A stretch of 64,000 nt of DNA from an uncultured Candidatus Saccharibacteria bacterium (lineage in GTDB: Bacteria > Patescibacteriota > Minisyncoccia > Phycocordibacterales > DATGWK01): the NCBI GenBank assembly GCA_964428845.1, contig CAYRZH010000005.1, forward strand, positions 1,647 through 65,646. The letters are read 5' to 3'. The position numbers and the translations under genes were made by a program. Shown here in pieces: positions 30,184 to 40,569 of this stretch. The notes under the pieces were generated by a model. That model did not search any database and was not told the DNA's origin. It worked only from the letters and a program-made list of their open reading frames with translations. The first letter of the stretch is position 1. Every line of letters begins with the position of its first letter.

Positions 30184-31248
30184 TTAAGATCTGATATGTT
30201 TCCACTCAAGCGGCGTGCCACGCTCGATGTCTTTCTTTGCTGTCATGCCCATAACTTTGTGAATATTTTCCGGTGCCAGTCCAAAAGCTGGTCGGATACA
30301 TCGAACATTTTTTTTAGTAAATTTTTCGCCCATCTTTATATCCGAAACAGCAAAAAGTGAGCGACGATGCTCTGCCCCAATCTCTTCCTCCTTATCTCGT
30401 GCGTAGTTCGGTTTCCCTAGGGAGGATTCGACTTCTCTAACAGATTTAACTAATGATGCAAATTCTTTCGGCTCAAGTGAAAACGACGAATCAGGCCCAC
30501 CGTCAGAACGGGCGAGGGTCATATGTTTCTCGATTATGCTCGCGCCAAGAACTACCGCACCGAGAGAAACATTTATTCCAAGGGAGTGATCTGACAAGCC
30601 ACTTACTACTCCGAATCTTTTTGCAATATCTGGAATGGTCTTTAGATTCATCTTGCTTGGGTCGGCGGGGTAGATACTTACGCAATGAAGGACTGCGATC
30701 TCCTTTGTTCCAGATTTTTGTAAGGTCTTTATCGCTAAAGAGATTTCTTTGGCAGAAGCCATACCTCGCGCCAATATAACGGGCTTTTTGGTCTTGCCGA
30801 TCTTTTCTAGTAAAGGCAGGTCTGTAATCTCGTATGAAGCAACCTTATAGAGAGGAATTTTCAATTTTTCTAGAAAATCTACTGCTGTCTCGTCGAAGGG
30901 GGTTGAAAATACGACTAGACCTTTTCTTTCGGCGTACTTCTTTAGTTTCGCTTGCCATTTCCAGGGGGTATATGCTTCCTCGTATAGTTTATAAAGAATT
31001 TTATCTTTCCAAACATTATTTACCCTAACCCGGAAGTAGTCGTTGTCGCAGTTCAAAGTCATTGTGTCTGGTGTATATGTCTGAAATTTGATGGCATCAA
31101 CTTTTGCCAATGCCGCGGCATCGATTATTTCCATGGCTCGTTTCAGGCTTTGATTATGGTTGCCAGACATTTCTGCTACGATGAAGACCGGCTCTCCCGG
31201 GCCGATCCTCCTTTTACCCTTAGGTGTTTTAATCGTTATGTGTCTCAT
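30184..31248 (-). CDS. pseI: Pseudaminic acid synthase (NeuB family)
   Basis: AEMSGNHN, KFQTYTPDT, STPFD, KVASYE, GLSDHS, IEKH, C-terminal SAF domain RRSLFA..IRPAFG. Confidence 0.92.
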   Translation of the reverse strand: MRHITIKTPKGKRRIGPGEPVFIVAEMSGNHNQSLKRAMEIIDAAALAKVDAIKFQTYTPDTMTLNCDNDYFRVRVNNVWKDKILYKLYEEAYTPWKWQAKLKKYAERKGLVVFSTPFDETAVDFLEKLKIPLYKVASYEITDLPLLEKIGKTKKPVILARGMASAKEISLAIKTLQKSGTKEIAVLHCVSIYPADPSKMNLKTIPDIAKRFGVVSGLSDHSLGINVSLGAVVLGASIIEKHMTLARSDGGPDSSFSLEPKEFASLVKSVREVESSLGKPNYARDKEEEIGAEHRRSLFAVSDIKMGEKFTKKNVRCIRPAFGLAPENIHKVMGMTAKKDIERGTPLEWKHIRS

Positions 31249-31259
31249 TTATCAGTATT

Positions 31260-31877
31260 TTACTTTTTCTCTAGGTATCTCTCGATAAGAAACAAATCCC
31301 TGGGTTCTCTGATAAGAATGGAATTTATTCCAGCTTCCTTGGCACCCCCTATGTCACAGACAATATCATCACCGATCATTAGGGCCTCGTGTGCCTCTAC
31401 CTCGAAAGAGGTTAGAACGTCCTTAAAAACTTTTTTGTGAGGTTTTTCAAACTCCTTACCATTTTCCTGTGCGAAGAAAAATTTATCAAAATATTGCTCC
31501 AACTGCAACGCCTGAACTTTTCTTTTTTGTACCTCTACTGCACCATTTGTGAGTATAGTGAGCTTATATTTTTTGGACAAACTTCTCAAAACCGGCTCTG
31601 CCTCTGGATAAAGTTTCAGCTCCGGTAAATGCCCACGGTAAACTCGGACGAGTTCCTCTATCGAAATATCATCGAGTGGAAACTTCTCTTTGAGTTCATC
31701 AAAATTTCTGCCGCGCCCATTTCCAAGGAAGGACTCACACAATGAATTAAAAATTTCTTCTTTTGATAGATTTCTTTTATTGCTTACATAGTCAGCAACA
31801 GCACGAAAACCGCTTAAAACATATTCATGTTCGCTCGAGAGGGTGTTGTCTAGATCAAAGATTAATAATTTTATCAT
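31260..31877 (-). CDS. HAD-superfamily hydrolase
   Basis: FDLDNTL, LTNG, KP, IGDD. Confidence 0.9.
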   Translation of the reverse strand: MIKLLIFDLDNTLSSEHEYVLSGFRAVADYVSNKRNLSKEEIFNSLCESFLGNGRGRNFDELKEKFPLDDISIEELVRVYRGHLPELKLYPEAEPVLRSLSKKYKLTILTNGAVEVQKRKVQALQLEQYFDKFFFAQENGKEFEKPHKKVFKDVLTSFEVEAHEALMIGDDIVCDIGGAKEAGINSILIREPRDLFLIERYLEKK

Positions 31878-32841
31878 GGGGAATGAACAGATCTTTGTTG
31901 TAACGCATCATGACCAAATCGGCCTGGAAACTTTTCTGCTCTGGCACTTTCTCGCCACGAAGAAGTCTCACAAGAAATTCAGCGCTGTTTCCTCCTGCAG
32001 CCAGCGCTAGGGGTGAACCTCCGCCGAAACGAGCTGGATTGGCTTCAAGGAAAAAAATCTTGCCATCTTTTGTTTTGAAACATTGAATTGTGTTGTGGCC
32101 GATAAGGCCAAGCGTCTGGCCGATTTTTTTTGTCAAAGCAATCATTTCTTTTTCATTTTTTGTAATCGTGACTTTTGATTCTCCACCCACGACTTTCAGT
32201 CGAATTCGCGGGATGGTCGAAATTGGCTTTCCAGAGAAATCAGCGAAATAGTCAATAGAGTATTCTGTGCCCTCGATTTTTTTCTGGATTATTTTTCCGG
32301 TGAGCTCTTGTTTTTTTAGTTCTTCGATGCTTCCAATCACCTCTACGCCTATACTAGCGGCACCAATTATGGGCTTTATGATGCAAGGGAATTGCAAATT
32401 TTTAGGTGGCTTGAGCCAGCTTTCTATGGGTCTTAAGTTTTTTGCTTTTAGAAATTTGTAAAACTTCCACTTATCATTGCAGATTGATGCGGCCTTTAAA
32501 GATGGCACCATGATCTTTGTACCCAATTTTTCAAAGCGCTTCTTGTTTTTCGCAAGATACATTACATCTTCGTCTCGGGTAGGGATAATCAGGGAAATTT
32601 TTTCTCTGGTAATGATTTCGGCCAGACGGGCAGGGAATTTTTTGCTATCCATGCGTGGCACTAGATATCCTTTATCAGCGAGGTAGAGACCGGGGCAAAA
32701 TGGGTCAATGTCGGTGGCGACGGTTTTACCCTCTACACCGAGAGATGAAAGAGCGGTGCGGAAGTGCTCAAAAAGGTGGCTCTTATTGCCGATACTTGTA
32801 AATAGAAAGTTTACGGACTTATTTGATTTTGCTTTTTTCAT
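31855..32841 (-). CDS. ATP-grasp ligase
   Basis: DKWKFY, IKPIIGAAS, EYSID, FLEANPARFGGG. Confidence 0.85.
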   Translation of the reverse strand: MKKAKSNKSVNFLFTSIGNKSHLFEHFRTALSSLGVEGKTVATDIDPFCPGLYLADKGYLVPRMDSKKFPARLAEIITREKISLIIPTRDEDVMYLAKNKKRFEKLGTKIMVPSLKAASICNDKWKFYKFLKAKNLRPIESWLKPPKNLQFPCIIKPIIGAASIGVEVIGSIEELKKQELTGKIIQKKIEGTEYSIDYFADFSGKPISTIPRIRLKVVGGESKVTITKNEKEMIALTKKIGQTLGLIGHNTIQCFKTKDGKIFFLEANPARFGGGSPLALAAGGNSAEFLVRLLRGEKVPEQKSFQADLVMMRYNKDLFIPHDKIINL

Positions 32842-33766
32842 GAGAGACTATCTGTCTTATGCCATCGGCAATGCTTATTTCCGGCGACCATCCGGTGGTG
32901 TCTTTGAGCCTGCTTATGTCGCCTCGACTGGCTTCAGGAAATATGGACTCATTGACTTCGGTAAATTTGGCTTCCGGAATTTCTTTTTGTACGAGCCCTG
33001 CGACCTCTGCGATCGTGTTGCTTTTGCCAAAACTCAAATTGATAACGCCAGTGGCATTCTTACAGATTGCCATTTTCATTAACCCTTTCGCCACATCGGT
33101 AGCGTGAATGTAATCAAATGAATTATTTTTGTCAAAGATTTTTAGTGTTTCGCCGCGAAGAGCACCACGTACCCAGCGCGAAATGATGTCTCGCGAATCT
33201 TTACCGTAGACCCGAAAGATCCTGGCATGCGCATAGGTAAATTTACCGCCCATCTGTTCGCTTAAAAATTCAATATCTCGCTCGGTTTGTAATTTGGCTA
33301 TGCCACATAGGTTGCGTGGTTCGATTGCTGAAGATTCACTAAGAATATTGTCCCGTCCTACAACGTTGTAGAGTGATTTATGGTAAATCAGATAACTTGA
33401 AGCAAAAATAATTTTTTTGAGTTCTTCACCTTGGACTATTCTTCGAAGAGTATAATGGGATGCCAAAATATTGTTGTAAAAATTACTTTCCCAAAAATCT
33501 AGACTCTCGGTACTACGCTCAAAATCGGCGGCAAGATGGAAAACATATTCTGGTTCGAAATGGAACGAAAATTGCTCGTCTCTGTGGGACAGGTCACATT
33601 GGAAATACTGAACATCACTAGGGAAGGCTCGAGGCCGCTCGAGCATGTCAACCGCGCGAACCACAGCTCCTTCGGCAGTAAGTAGGCCTACAAGTTCCTG
33701 GCCTATTACACCGGCTGCGCCAGTAACCAAAACTTTTTTATCCTTAAGTGTAACGAGATTTTCCAT
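32819..33766 (-). CDS. NAD-dependent epimerase/dehydratase
   Basis: VTGAAGVIG, FHLAA, ASS, RIFRVYG, FDYIH; Cys replaces Tyr in the YxxxK position (CGIAK). Confidence 0.85.
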   Translation of the reverse strand: MENLVTLKDKKVLVTGAAGVIGQELVGLLTAEGAVVRAVDMLERPRAFPSDVQYFQCDLSHRDEQFSFHFEPEYVFHLAADFERSTESLDFWESNFYNNILASHYTLRRIVQGEELKKIIFASSYLIYHKSLYNVVGRDNILSESSAIEPRNLCGIAKLQTERDIEFLSEQMGGKFTYAHARIFRVYGKDSRDIISRWVRGALRGETLKIFDKNNSFDYIHATDVAKGLMKMAICKNATGVINLSFGKSNTIAEVAGLVQKEIPEAKFTEVNESIFPEASRGDISRLKDTTGWSPEISIADGIRQIVSHEKSKIK

Positions 33767-33771
33767 TGAAG

Positions 33772-34320
33772 TTACTTCTTATTTATAATGGAGTGAATAA
33801 GCGAATCAGAAAAACGATTTTTTTTCCAAACATGATCGGGCAATCTAGCGTCTCGCTTGAAGCCAGATTTTTCTAAAAGATTGATGTGAAACTTCCTAAA
33901 TGCCCATGTTTCCGTAAAAATTTTGTGCAAAATGAGCTTTTTAAAGGCATAATCGCGGAGCATTACCATGGTTTCGAGAAAAAGCATTGAATATTCGGAG
34001 TGCCTTTTTTCTGTACCTGTTTCCAGGATAAATGATATTTCTCCGCGTTTATTTTCCCAATCAATATGCACAATACCGCAATACCCGATAAGTCTGCCAT
34101 TTTTGTCTAAAATTGAAAAGAGAACCTGGTTCTTATCCCTTTTGAGTTTTTTGTAAAATTTTTCCTGATCCTTGTCAGTCAGCGGTTTGCTCTGCCTCAA
34201 GATGTCCATTTGCTCATTACGCCATTTTTTAAGAAATGGTAAATCTTCTTTGAGTAGATTTGAGAGAATAATATGTCGGCCCAACGAAATTCTTTTTCTT
34301 TTCATAAATTTTAGTATCAA
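33772..34320 (-). CDS. GNAT N-acetyltransferase (RimJ/PseH-like)
   Basis: WRNEQ, IGYCGI, LHKI, LEKSGF. Confidence 0.82.
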   Translation of the reverse strand: MILKFMKRKRISLGRHIILSNLLKEDLPFLKKWRNEQMDILRQSKPLTDKDQEKFYKKLKRDKNQVLFSILDKNGRLIGYCGIVHIDWENKRGEISFILETGTEKRHSEYSMLFLETMVMLRDYAFKKLILHKIFTETWAFRKFHINLLEKSGFKRDARLPDHVWKKNRFSDSLIHSIINKK

Positions 34321-35222
34321 ACTTTCCGCGAATGAGTAGCAAAACAGATAAGATTACGGCCGAGACCCATATCAGCCAACGCTTCATAAAATTTGTTAAC
34401 TTTTTTAGGTGAGGTTTTGTGCACAAGATTTTCTAACTCGACTCGCGCCTGATGACAAGATTTGCCCTTGGCTTTGTCGATAACGTAGTTGGTGTCTTTG
34501 TTAAGAAGATTTATATCGACAGGGAAGTCGGCCGTAAACCGCTCTGGGCGAAGTCCGGCTGCCTGAACGAGTGCCTCAAGCCCCGTTTTATTGAAGTAGG
34601 AAATATGATCTGGTATAACAATCCAAAAAGGACTTTTCACATAACCATGCTTGTACAAATATAGTTGTAGAATCGAAAAATCGTTTGGTACCACTACAAC
34701 TATAACTCCTTGATTATGAAGTAGTTTCTTGCAATCACCGAGCAATTGGAAAGGATTCAAAACATGCTCCAGAGTATGCTCCATGAAAATAACATCAAAC
34801 TTCTGTTTTTCCTTTATGAGTGATGGGATTTGCTCATAGATATCTCCTTTACGGATAAATGGCAGGCACCTTTTGTTGTGAGTCTTGGTGCCGGAACTAC
34901 TATAGTCGAGGCCTGTGACGGCAAAACCTTTTTTTCTGAAGTAATCTAGAGCCCAGCCTTCGCCGCAGCCAATGTCTAAAAAGCTAAATTTTTCACGGCG
35001 CATTGGTCCGAGCAACTCTTTTATTGTCAGATACTTATCGTCTAGCTTGTTTTTAAAAAAAATAATTTCATCTTTCGAATACGATTGTCTATAGTTACCC
35101 CTTGATTGTTCGTAATACTTATCTATATAGTACTGTTCCAACTCTTTAGGGTTTGGTTTATGTTTCAATTCAAAATAACCAAACTTATTTTTTCTGACAT
35201 TCCTGAAGAGATTATTGCCCAT
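34317..35222 (-). CDS. Class I SAM-dependent methyltransferase
   Basis: LDIGCGEG, HTLEHV, VVPND, PDHISYF. Confidence 0.88.
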   Translation of the reverse strand: MGNNLFRNVRKNKFGYFELKHKPNPKELEQYYIDKYYEQSRGNYRQSYSKDEIIFFKNKLDDKYLTIKELLGPMRREKFSFLDIGCGEGWALDYFRKKGFAVTGLDYSSSGTKTHNKRCLPFIRKGDIYEQIPSLIKEKQKFDVIFMEHTLEHVLNPFQLLGDCKKLLHNQGVIVVVVPNDFSILQLYLYKHGYVKSPFWIVIPDHISYFNKTGLEALVQAAGLRPERFTADFPVDINLLNKDTNYVIDKAKGKSCHQARVELENLVHKTSPKKVNKFYEALADMGLGRNLICFATHSRKV

Positions 35223-35241
35223 TTGGGGGTGGCTAGACTGT

Positions 35242-35913
35242 TTAAACTATTTTGCGGACGACACGAAAGGCTTCAGCACCAGTGAGACCGACTTCAATTC
35301 CACGATACTTCGAAAGTATTTCAATACCCTCAAGCGAACGAGGATGAGGATATTTTCGTAATTCGTCCCCATAGAAATTCATCAAAGCTTTTTTCTCCTC
35401 AACATATTTTGAGATATCAACGTAGTGATTTGGTTTAAAAACGCGGTGGTCCTTAATCTGCCATTCTGTGCAGGAAAGAACTTCAAAAGATAGAATTTCG
35501 GATACACAAAAGTTGGGTTGTGGTCGGCAAGCAGTTAACACTGCTCCGCAGGTTAGTCGGTGGTCTACATTCAGGTCATCGATATGATGTGTATAAACCA
35601 CATCGGGCTTAACTTCAGCAATAACCTTTTCTACTGCTTGTGCCAGACTGATCAGAGAAACCGTATCGAATTTGTTATCCGGGAAATTTTCTAGGAAAAG
35701 TTTGGCACCCAATTTATCAGAGACACCTCTAGCTTGAGAAAATCTTTTTTCAGGATCACTTACAGATCCCCGAGAATCTTCTCCGTTTGCTAGGATTAGA
35801 ATGGATATAGAATCACCGCGGTCACGGTGAACGCAAAGCGTGCCGCCAGCGCCGAGAACCTCATCGTCTGGGTGCGCGACTACAGCCAAAATTTTTTTAT
35901 TTTTTTCCATCAT
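35242..35913 (-). CDS. PIG-L/LmbE family deacetylase
   Basis: AHPDDE, NVDH, HPRS, AEAF. Confidence 0.9.
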   Translation of the reverse strand: MMEKNKKILAVVAHPDDEVLGAGGTLCVHRDRGDSISILILANGEDSRGSVSDPEKRFSQARGVSDKLGAKLFLENFPDNKFDTVSLISLAQAVEKVIAEVKPDVVYTHHIDDLNVDHRLTCGAVLTACRPQPNFCVSEILSFEVLSCTEWQIKDHRVFKPNHYVDISKYVEEKKALMNFYGDELRKYPHPRSLEGIEILSKYRGIEVGLTGAEAFRVVRKIV

Positions 35914-36631
35914 TTTTTATTGGTGAAATTTTAACTTTTGCAGTTACGGTATCTCCCGTAAATTCTGCTTCACTAAATTCAAATCTCTGTTCTCCAACGT
36001 CCAAAAACGCCCTTGGGTAACCATCAGCATCAAGCATTCTTATAAAATCATATAGCATTCTTCCTGACAAATCACCCAGGATTCTACTTTGTTCGGGCTT
36101 CCTGCGTTTGAAAGTAAAACCACGACCTCGTTGGGGTTTTGGCTTCGGTTGCTTCAAAAGTATTTCGCTCATCATTTCATAGACGATGGCAGAAATCTTA
36201 TAAAATATATCTTGAGCAGAGCCTCGACTCATGTCAACGGGCTTTTTTAAATAAATCGGTCCAGTATCAAGCCCTGCCTCGACGCGAAGTGCGGAAATTT
36301 TTACTTTGTAAATTCCTCTAACGATGTGGTTCTGGATCGGGCTACCGCCGCGACCGTATGGCAGGTTTGCTTCATGAAATACAACACACTCAAAATTTTC
36401 ATAAATTTCAGGCGGGATTATCCAAGACCAATGTGGGAAAAATACAAACCTCGGTTTTATTTTAGAAAGACGTTCAAAAGTAAGTTTTTTGGGCGATGTT
36501 ATGAGAAGTTTCCGGTAACCCTTCGGGACTTTCCATTCACTGAACCTTTTTATGTTCCAGGGTCGAATCGTCGCTACGACAATATTGTCGAGGTTAGCAT
36601 TATCTTTTTGCCTTTTTGTTTTTAAGCTCAT
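35897..36631 (-). CDS. Formyltransferase (Fmt-like, sugar N-formyltransferase)
   Basis: FPHWSW, FHEANLPYGRGGSP, LDTGPI, FIRMLDADGYP. Confidence 0.85.
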   Translation of the reverse strand: MSLKTKRQKDNANLDNIVVATIRPWNIKRFSEWKVPKGYRKLLITSPKKLTFERLSKIKPRFVFFPHWSWIIPPEIYENFECVVFHEANLPYGRGGSPIQNHIVRGIYKVKISALRVEAGLDTGPIYLKKPVDMSRGSAQDIFYKISAIVYEMMSEILLKQPKPKPQRGRGFTFKRRKPEQSRILGDLSGRMLYDFIRMLDADGYPRAFLDVGEQRFEFSEAEFTGDTVTAKVKISPIKNDGKK

Positions 36632-37317
36632 TTCAGCAGTTTATATTTTATTTCAGCAATTTTCCAATCCTCCTCATTATCAATGTCCTGCATTTCTGAT
36701 TCTGGTATTGGTATAGATCTAGTATTATCAGTGAAGATCTTTTTTTGATTCAAGAAATTTTTCACATTTAGGTAAAAAAACTGTCCTGTATCATGATATG
36801 CAGGTTCCAAATCCTGTGAGCGCACCACAGCATTTTCTGGCCACATCATTTTTAATTTTCCAAACTCGTCGATCCTCAAGGCTCTCTGAATTGGGTAAGA
36901 AAAACGGGCGACTGGCAAAACTGAATCGGCACCAGTCTCTACTATCAAATCCATTGCTTTCTTGAGATTTTCAATTTTTAAAAAGGGAGCGGTCGGGTAA
37001 ATACAGCAGGCCAAATCAAATTCTCGGCCAAGACTTTTGTACCGAACGAGAACTTCTTCCATAACGTCGGGGATCTGTGCAAGATCACCCGAATTCTTCT
37101 CTGACCTAAAGAAGGGGACTTTGGCACCAAAACCTAAGGCGACTTCGGCGATCTCTTTATCATCTGTTGAGACCATTACTTCGTCAAAAAGTCCGCTCGT
37201 TAGTGCGGCATCAATAGAATATTTTATAATCGGCTGTCCGGAAAAGAATTTTATATTTTTCTTCGGAATTCTTTTGCTACCGCCTCGCGCAGGTATAATG
37301 GCAACTATCTTTTTCAT
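36628..37317 (-). CDS. pseF: Pseudaminic acid cytidylyltransferase
   Basis: IPARGGSKRIPKKN, VSTD, YPTAPF, RSQDL, DID. Confidence 0.92.
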   Translation of the reverse strand: MKKIVAIIPARGGSKRIPKKNIKFFSGQPIIKYSIDAALTSGLFDEVMVSTDDKEIAEVALGFGAKVPFFRSEKNSGDLAQIPDVMEEVLVRYKSLGREFDLACCIYPTAPFLKIENLKKAMDLIVETGADSVLPVARFSYPIQRALRIDEFGKLKMMWPENAVVRSQDLEPAYHDTGQFFYLNVKNFLNQKKIFTDNTRSIPIPESEMQDIDNEEDWKIAEIKYKLLK

Positions 37318-37323
37318 AGGATG

Positions 37324-38442
37324 TTATTTTCTCGAATAATAGAAAGATTTTATTGCATTGATAATATGAGAAGCTTCTCTCGATGTGACGTTTGTGTGGA
37401 GTGGCAAGGTCAAACAGCGTGAAAAATAGTCCAGAGAATAGGGTGCTTTGTCAGTGTAGAAGCCATTTTTTCGGTAGTATGGTTGAGAAAAGACTGGGGG
37501 ATAATGGTAGTTAATTCCGATCTTAGCGGCTGATAAAAAAGTGGCTAGTTCTTTTTTGATTTTTTCATTTTCTGTCAGGATGACAAAAATATGCCATCCG
37601 GAAACGCTGTGTTCTGGTTCTTTTGGTAGCGAGATTTCTTTTACACTACTTAAACCCTTTTTATATTGGGCGACAAGTTTACGTCGTTTTGCGATAAACT
37701 GATCAAGTCGTCTAAGCTGACTCAATCCCAATGCACATTGCATATCGGTCAAACGATAATTGAAACCGAGCTCTTGCATAACATTCACACCATCTTTATT
37801 TTTTGCTACGCCGTGACTTCGAAGAAGTAATAATTTCTCATATATATTTTTGTTTTTTGTCACGACGGCTCCTCCTTCGCCAGTCGTTATCGGTTTAATA
37901 GCGTGGAAACTAAAGCATATGGCACTTGAGGACAGGGATCCAATTTTTTTGCCCCTATATCTAGAGCCGAGCGCATGTGATGCATCCTCGATTATTTTAA
38001 GATTGTGTTTTTTCGCTATCTTAATAATAGAGTTCATTTCGCAGGGACCTCCGGCAAAATGGACAGGTACAATAGCCTTAGTTTTTTTGGTAATTAAACT
38101 GGAGATTTTTTTCTCGTCGATGTTGTAAGTGTCTGGACGGATATCACAGAATATCGGTTTGGCACCAACGGCAAGTAACATATTGGAAGTGGCGACAAAT
38201 GTATTGGGGGTTGTTATAACCTCATCCCCGGCCTTTAGACCACAAGCCAGGTAGGCTAAGTGTAGGGCACTGGTGCCATTATTTACTGCCACGACGTAGG
38301 GCACTCCTATATAAGCGGCTAGAGCATTTTCGAATTCTTTTACTCTTGGACCTTGGGTCAGGAAGTCTGATGTCAAAGCGGCACTTACGGCTCTAATATC
38401 ACTGTCGTTTATATTTTGCCGCGCATACGGAACATATTTCAT
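37324..38442 (-). CDS. pseC: UDP-4-amino-4,6-dideoxy-N-acetyl-beta-L-altrosamine transaminase
   Basis: PYARQ, LTQGP, EDASHA, SFHAIKPITTGEGG, GFNYRLTD; ATGA overlap with pseB. Confidence 0.9.
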   Translation of the reverse strand: MKYVPYARQNINDSDIRAVSAALTSDFLTQGPRVKEFENALAAYIGVPYVVAVNNGTSALHLAYLACGLKAGDEVITTPNTFVATSNMLLAVGAKPIFCDIRPDTYNIDEKKISSLITKKTKAIVPVHFAGGPCEMNSIIKIAKKHNLKIIEDASHALGSRYRGKKIGSLSSSAICFSFHAIKPITTGEGGAVVTKNKNIYEKLLLLRSHGVAKNKDGVNVMQELGFNYRLTDMQCALGLSQLRRLDQFIAKRRKLVAQYKKGLSSVKEISLPKEPEHSVSGWHIFVILTENEKIKKELATFLSAAKIGINYHYPPVFSQPYYRKNGFYTDKAPYSLDYFSRCLTLPLHTNVTSREASHIINAIKSFYYSRK

Positions 38443-39401
38443 AAAATATCCAGAAGCTTCTTTTTGTTTAGCCACGAAGTATTTGTGTCGCTCGTGAAGC
38501 GAAAGTTCGGTTTCACTTTTTTCCCACGTTTTAGGTGCTTTTCAAACTTTTTGTCTCCCAGAAACTCCGGCAGGATAACATAATATTTTTCTAATTCGGC
38601 GCTGTGGCGTGCCTCCTGTTCCGTCAGTAAAATTTCATGAGTTTTTTCTCCATGTCTGATGCCGATAACTTCCTTCTTGGCGCGTGGCGCCATAGCATCA
38701 AAGAGGGCAGTTAGTTTCATGCTAGGTATTTTCGGTACAAAAATCTCTCCACCCTCCATATGCTCAAGTGCATAAAGTACCAAATCGAAAGTTTGCTCCA
38801 AGGTGATCCAGAACCGAGTCATCTTGACGTCTGTGATCTGAACCTTTTTTGCGTTCGGGTTATTTTTTAATGTCTCGACGATACTACCACGACTCCCGAT
38901 GACGTTGCCGTATCTCACACAACCGAATTTTGTCTCACCATTTGTGTAGGAGTTGCCACTGATGAATAATTTTTCTGCACATAGTTTGGTTGAACCATAT
39001 AAATTGCTAGGGTGGACAGCTTTATCTGTGGAAACAAGCAAAACCCGGCCCACTTTCTTATTGATAGCCGCTTCTATAACATTCTGACTTCCCAAGATAT
39101 TGGTTTTGACTGCCTCGAAGGGATTGTATTCGAGCATTGGTACTTGTTTGAGGGCGGCGGCATGGACGACGATATCAACACCATCGAATGCACGTTCGAG
39201 GCGTGAGATATCTCGAACGTCCCCCAAGAAGAAACGAACTCGTGGGTCGTTTAACTCTTTTTGTATGTGAAATTGTTTAAGTTCGTCACGACTAAAAATA
39301 ATCAACTTTTTAGGCTTAAAGTTGGCAAGAATATGAGTGGCAAAACTTTTGCCAAATGAGCCGGTACCGCCAGTGATTAAAATAGTCTTATTATTAAGCA
39401 T
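38439..39401 (-). CDS. pseB: UDP-N-acetylglucosamine 4,6-dehydratase (inverting)
   Basis: TGGTGSFG, FSRDELKQ, HAAALKQVP, STDKA, RYGNVIGSRGS, MTRFWI. Confidence 0.95.
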   Translation of the reverse strand: MLNNKTILITGGTGSFGKSFATHILANFKPKKLIIFSRDELKQFHIQKELNDPRVRFFLGDVRDISRLERAFDGVDIVVHAAALKQVPMLEYNPFEAVKTNILGSQNVIEAAINKKVGRVLLVSTDKAVHPSNLYGSTKLCAEKLFISGNSYTNGETKFGCVRYGNVIGSRGSIVETLKNNPNAKKVQITDVKMTRFWITLEQTFDLVLYALEHMEGGEIFVPKIPSMKLTALFDAMAPRAKKEVIGIRHGEKTHEILLTEQEARHSAELEKYYVILPEFLGDKKFEKHLKRGKKVKPNFRFTSDTNTSWLNKKKLLDIL

Positions 39402-39471
39402 AAATTCTCGATTTACCCCTTAGACTTCACATAATAACTCTGATTTTACTTGATGTCTATTAGAAATTTGT

Positions 39472-39504
39472 AAAAAAAGACCACCAAGTTTTATCTCGGT
39501 GGTC
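39472..39504 (-). terminator. Intrinsic terminator of the GT-B unit
   Basis: Minus strand GACCACCGAG-ataaaa-CTTGGTGGTC followed by T7. Confidence 0.85.
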
Positions 39505-39531
39505 GACGGAAGTGATTTGTAGATGGTCAAT

Positions 39532-40569
39532 TCAGATCAATGTGGCAACCATTCTCCGTATCGCTTGACCCCTCTCTTCGAGCTTGGGAACAGGGAAGGC
39601 TGATTCTTGGTGTGCCCTCATGGATTCGAATCCGCCCGGGTGCAGCAGCCTTTTGATGGTACAAGCTAGTTTATCGACAGAACCAAAGTAGACCCCCTCT
39701 GAAGCACCAAGTTCTACCAGCTTCCATGGGTCCTTACCGATTGTAGCTGGCCGGCCTTTGAGTGCGACGGTGGTACAGAAGTCAATGACGGGTTTACGCA
39801 GGCAAGCTGCCTGGATGCCTATTGTCGAATTGAACTCTACCACCATATCGCACCCAATGACTATCTCGGAGGTGGGGATTCCGACGTGTTTACCAACGAC
39901 CTTTACCGGACAGCCGGCATACCGCCAGACATCCTCGTACAAAGATGGGCTATTCAGATCACCAGGATGAAATCCAATCAACAGTTCGATCTGCGAACCA
40001 AACCTTCGATTGAGCGAACCAACTGCTTCTCCGGCTGCTCCAAAAAGCAGCATGTTAAGGGCAAGATACTTGTCGCCTGGGCAAAGGATGAGTTTGCGGT
40101 CATCGAAGACCGAGAGTCGCTCTCGTGCCTGAACCCGTGTCTGTACGGGGAAAGCAAACTCCTCCCATCTTGGATTTCCCGTCGCTACGATGTTGGCTTT
40201 CGGGAAATAGGTGGCTGCATCCCGTCCTTCATCCGCGTTGATGACAAAGAGTGTTTCCACGAAATCTCGGACTGGCTCAAAAGCCGGTAGTCGGTGATTA
40301 CCAAATGTGTCGGCATAAAGACTGCAACGTACCCCGATTCGATGAGCTTCTGTTACGGCCATCACCTCGTCGTCAGACAGGTTGGACATTGTTACCACCA
40401 AGTTGTTAGCTGAGGCGATTTCGTGCTTGATAGCCTCGGTTGGCAGAGCTTCTGCTCGTCCACCGCGCAGGAAAGACACAACCTCGACACCACGCTCTTG
40501 GAGTACTTCTCCTAACATTCGCATAACTTCTGACTGCGCAAAGTCACCGGCCACAAGCACAGTTTTCAC
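39532..40569 (-). CDS. GT-B fold protein (UDP-GlcNAc epimerase/Kps-like), function unknown
   Basis: VATGNPRWE, GFHPGD, NSTIGIQAACLRKPVI; AGGAGG SD 6 nt before GTG 40569; GC-richer than flanks. Confidence 0.65.
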   Translation of the reverse strand: MKTVLVAGDFAQSEVMRMLGEVLQERGVEVVSFLRGGRAEALPTEAIKHEIASANNLVVTMSNLSDDEVMAVTEAHRIGVRCSLYADTFGNHRLPAFEPVRDFVETLFVINADEGRDAATYFPKANIVATGNPRWEEFAFPVQTRVQARERLSVFDDRKLILCPGDKYLALNMLLFGAAGEAVGSLNRRFGSQIELLIGFHPGDLNSPSLYEDVWRYAGCPVKVVGKHVGIPTSEIVIGCDMVVEFNSTIGIQAACLRKPVIDFCTTVALKGRPATIGKDPWKLVELGASEGVYFGSVDKLACTIKRLLHPGGFESMRAHQESAFPVPKLEERGQAIRRMVATLI

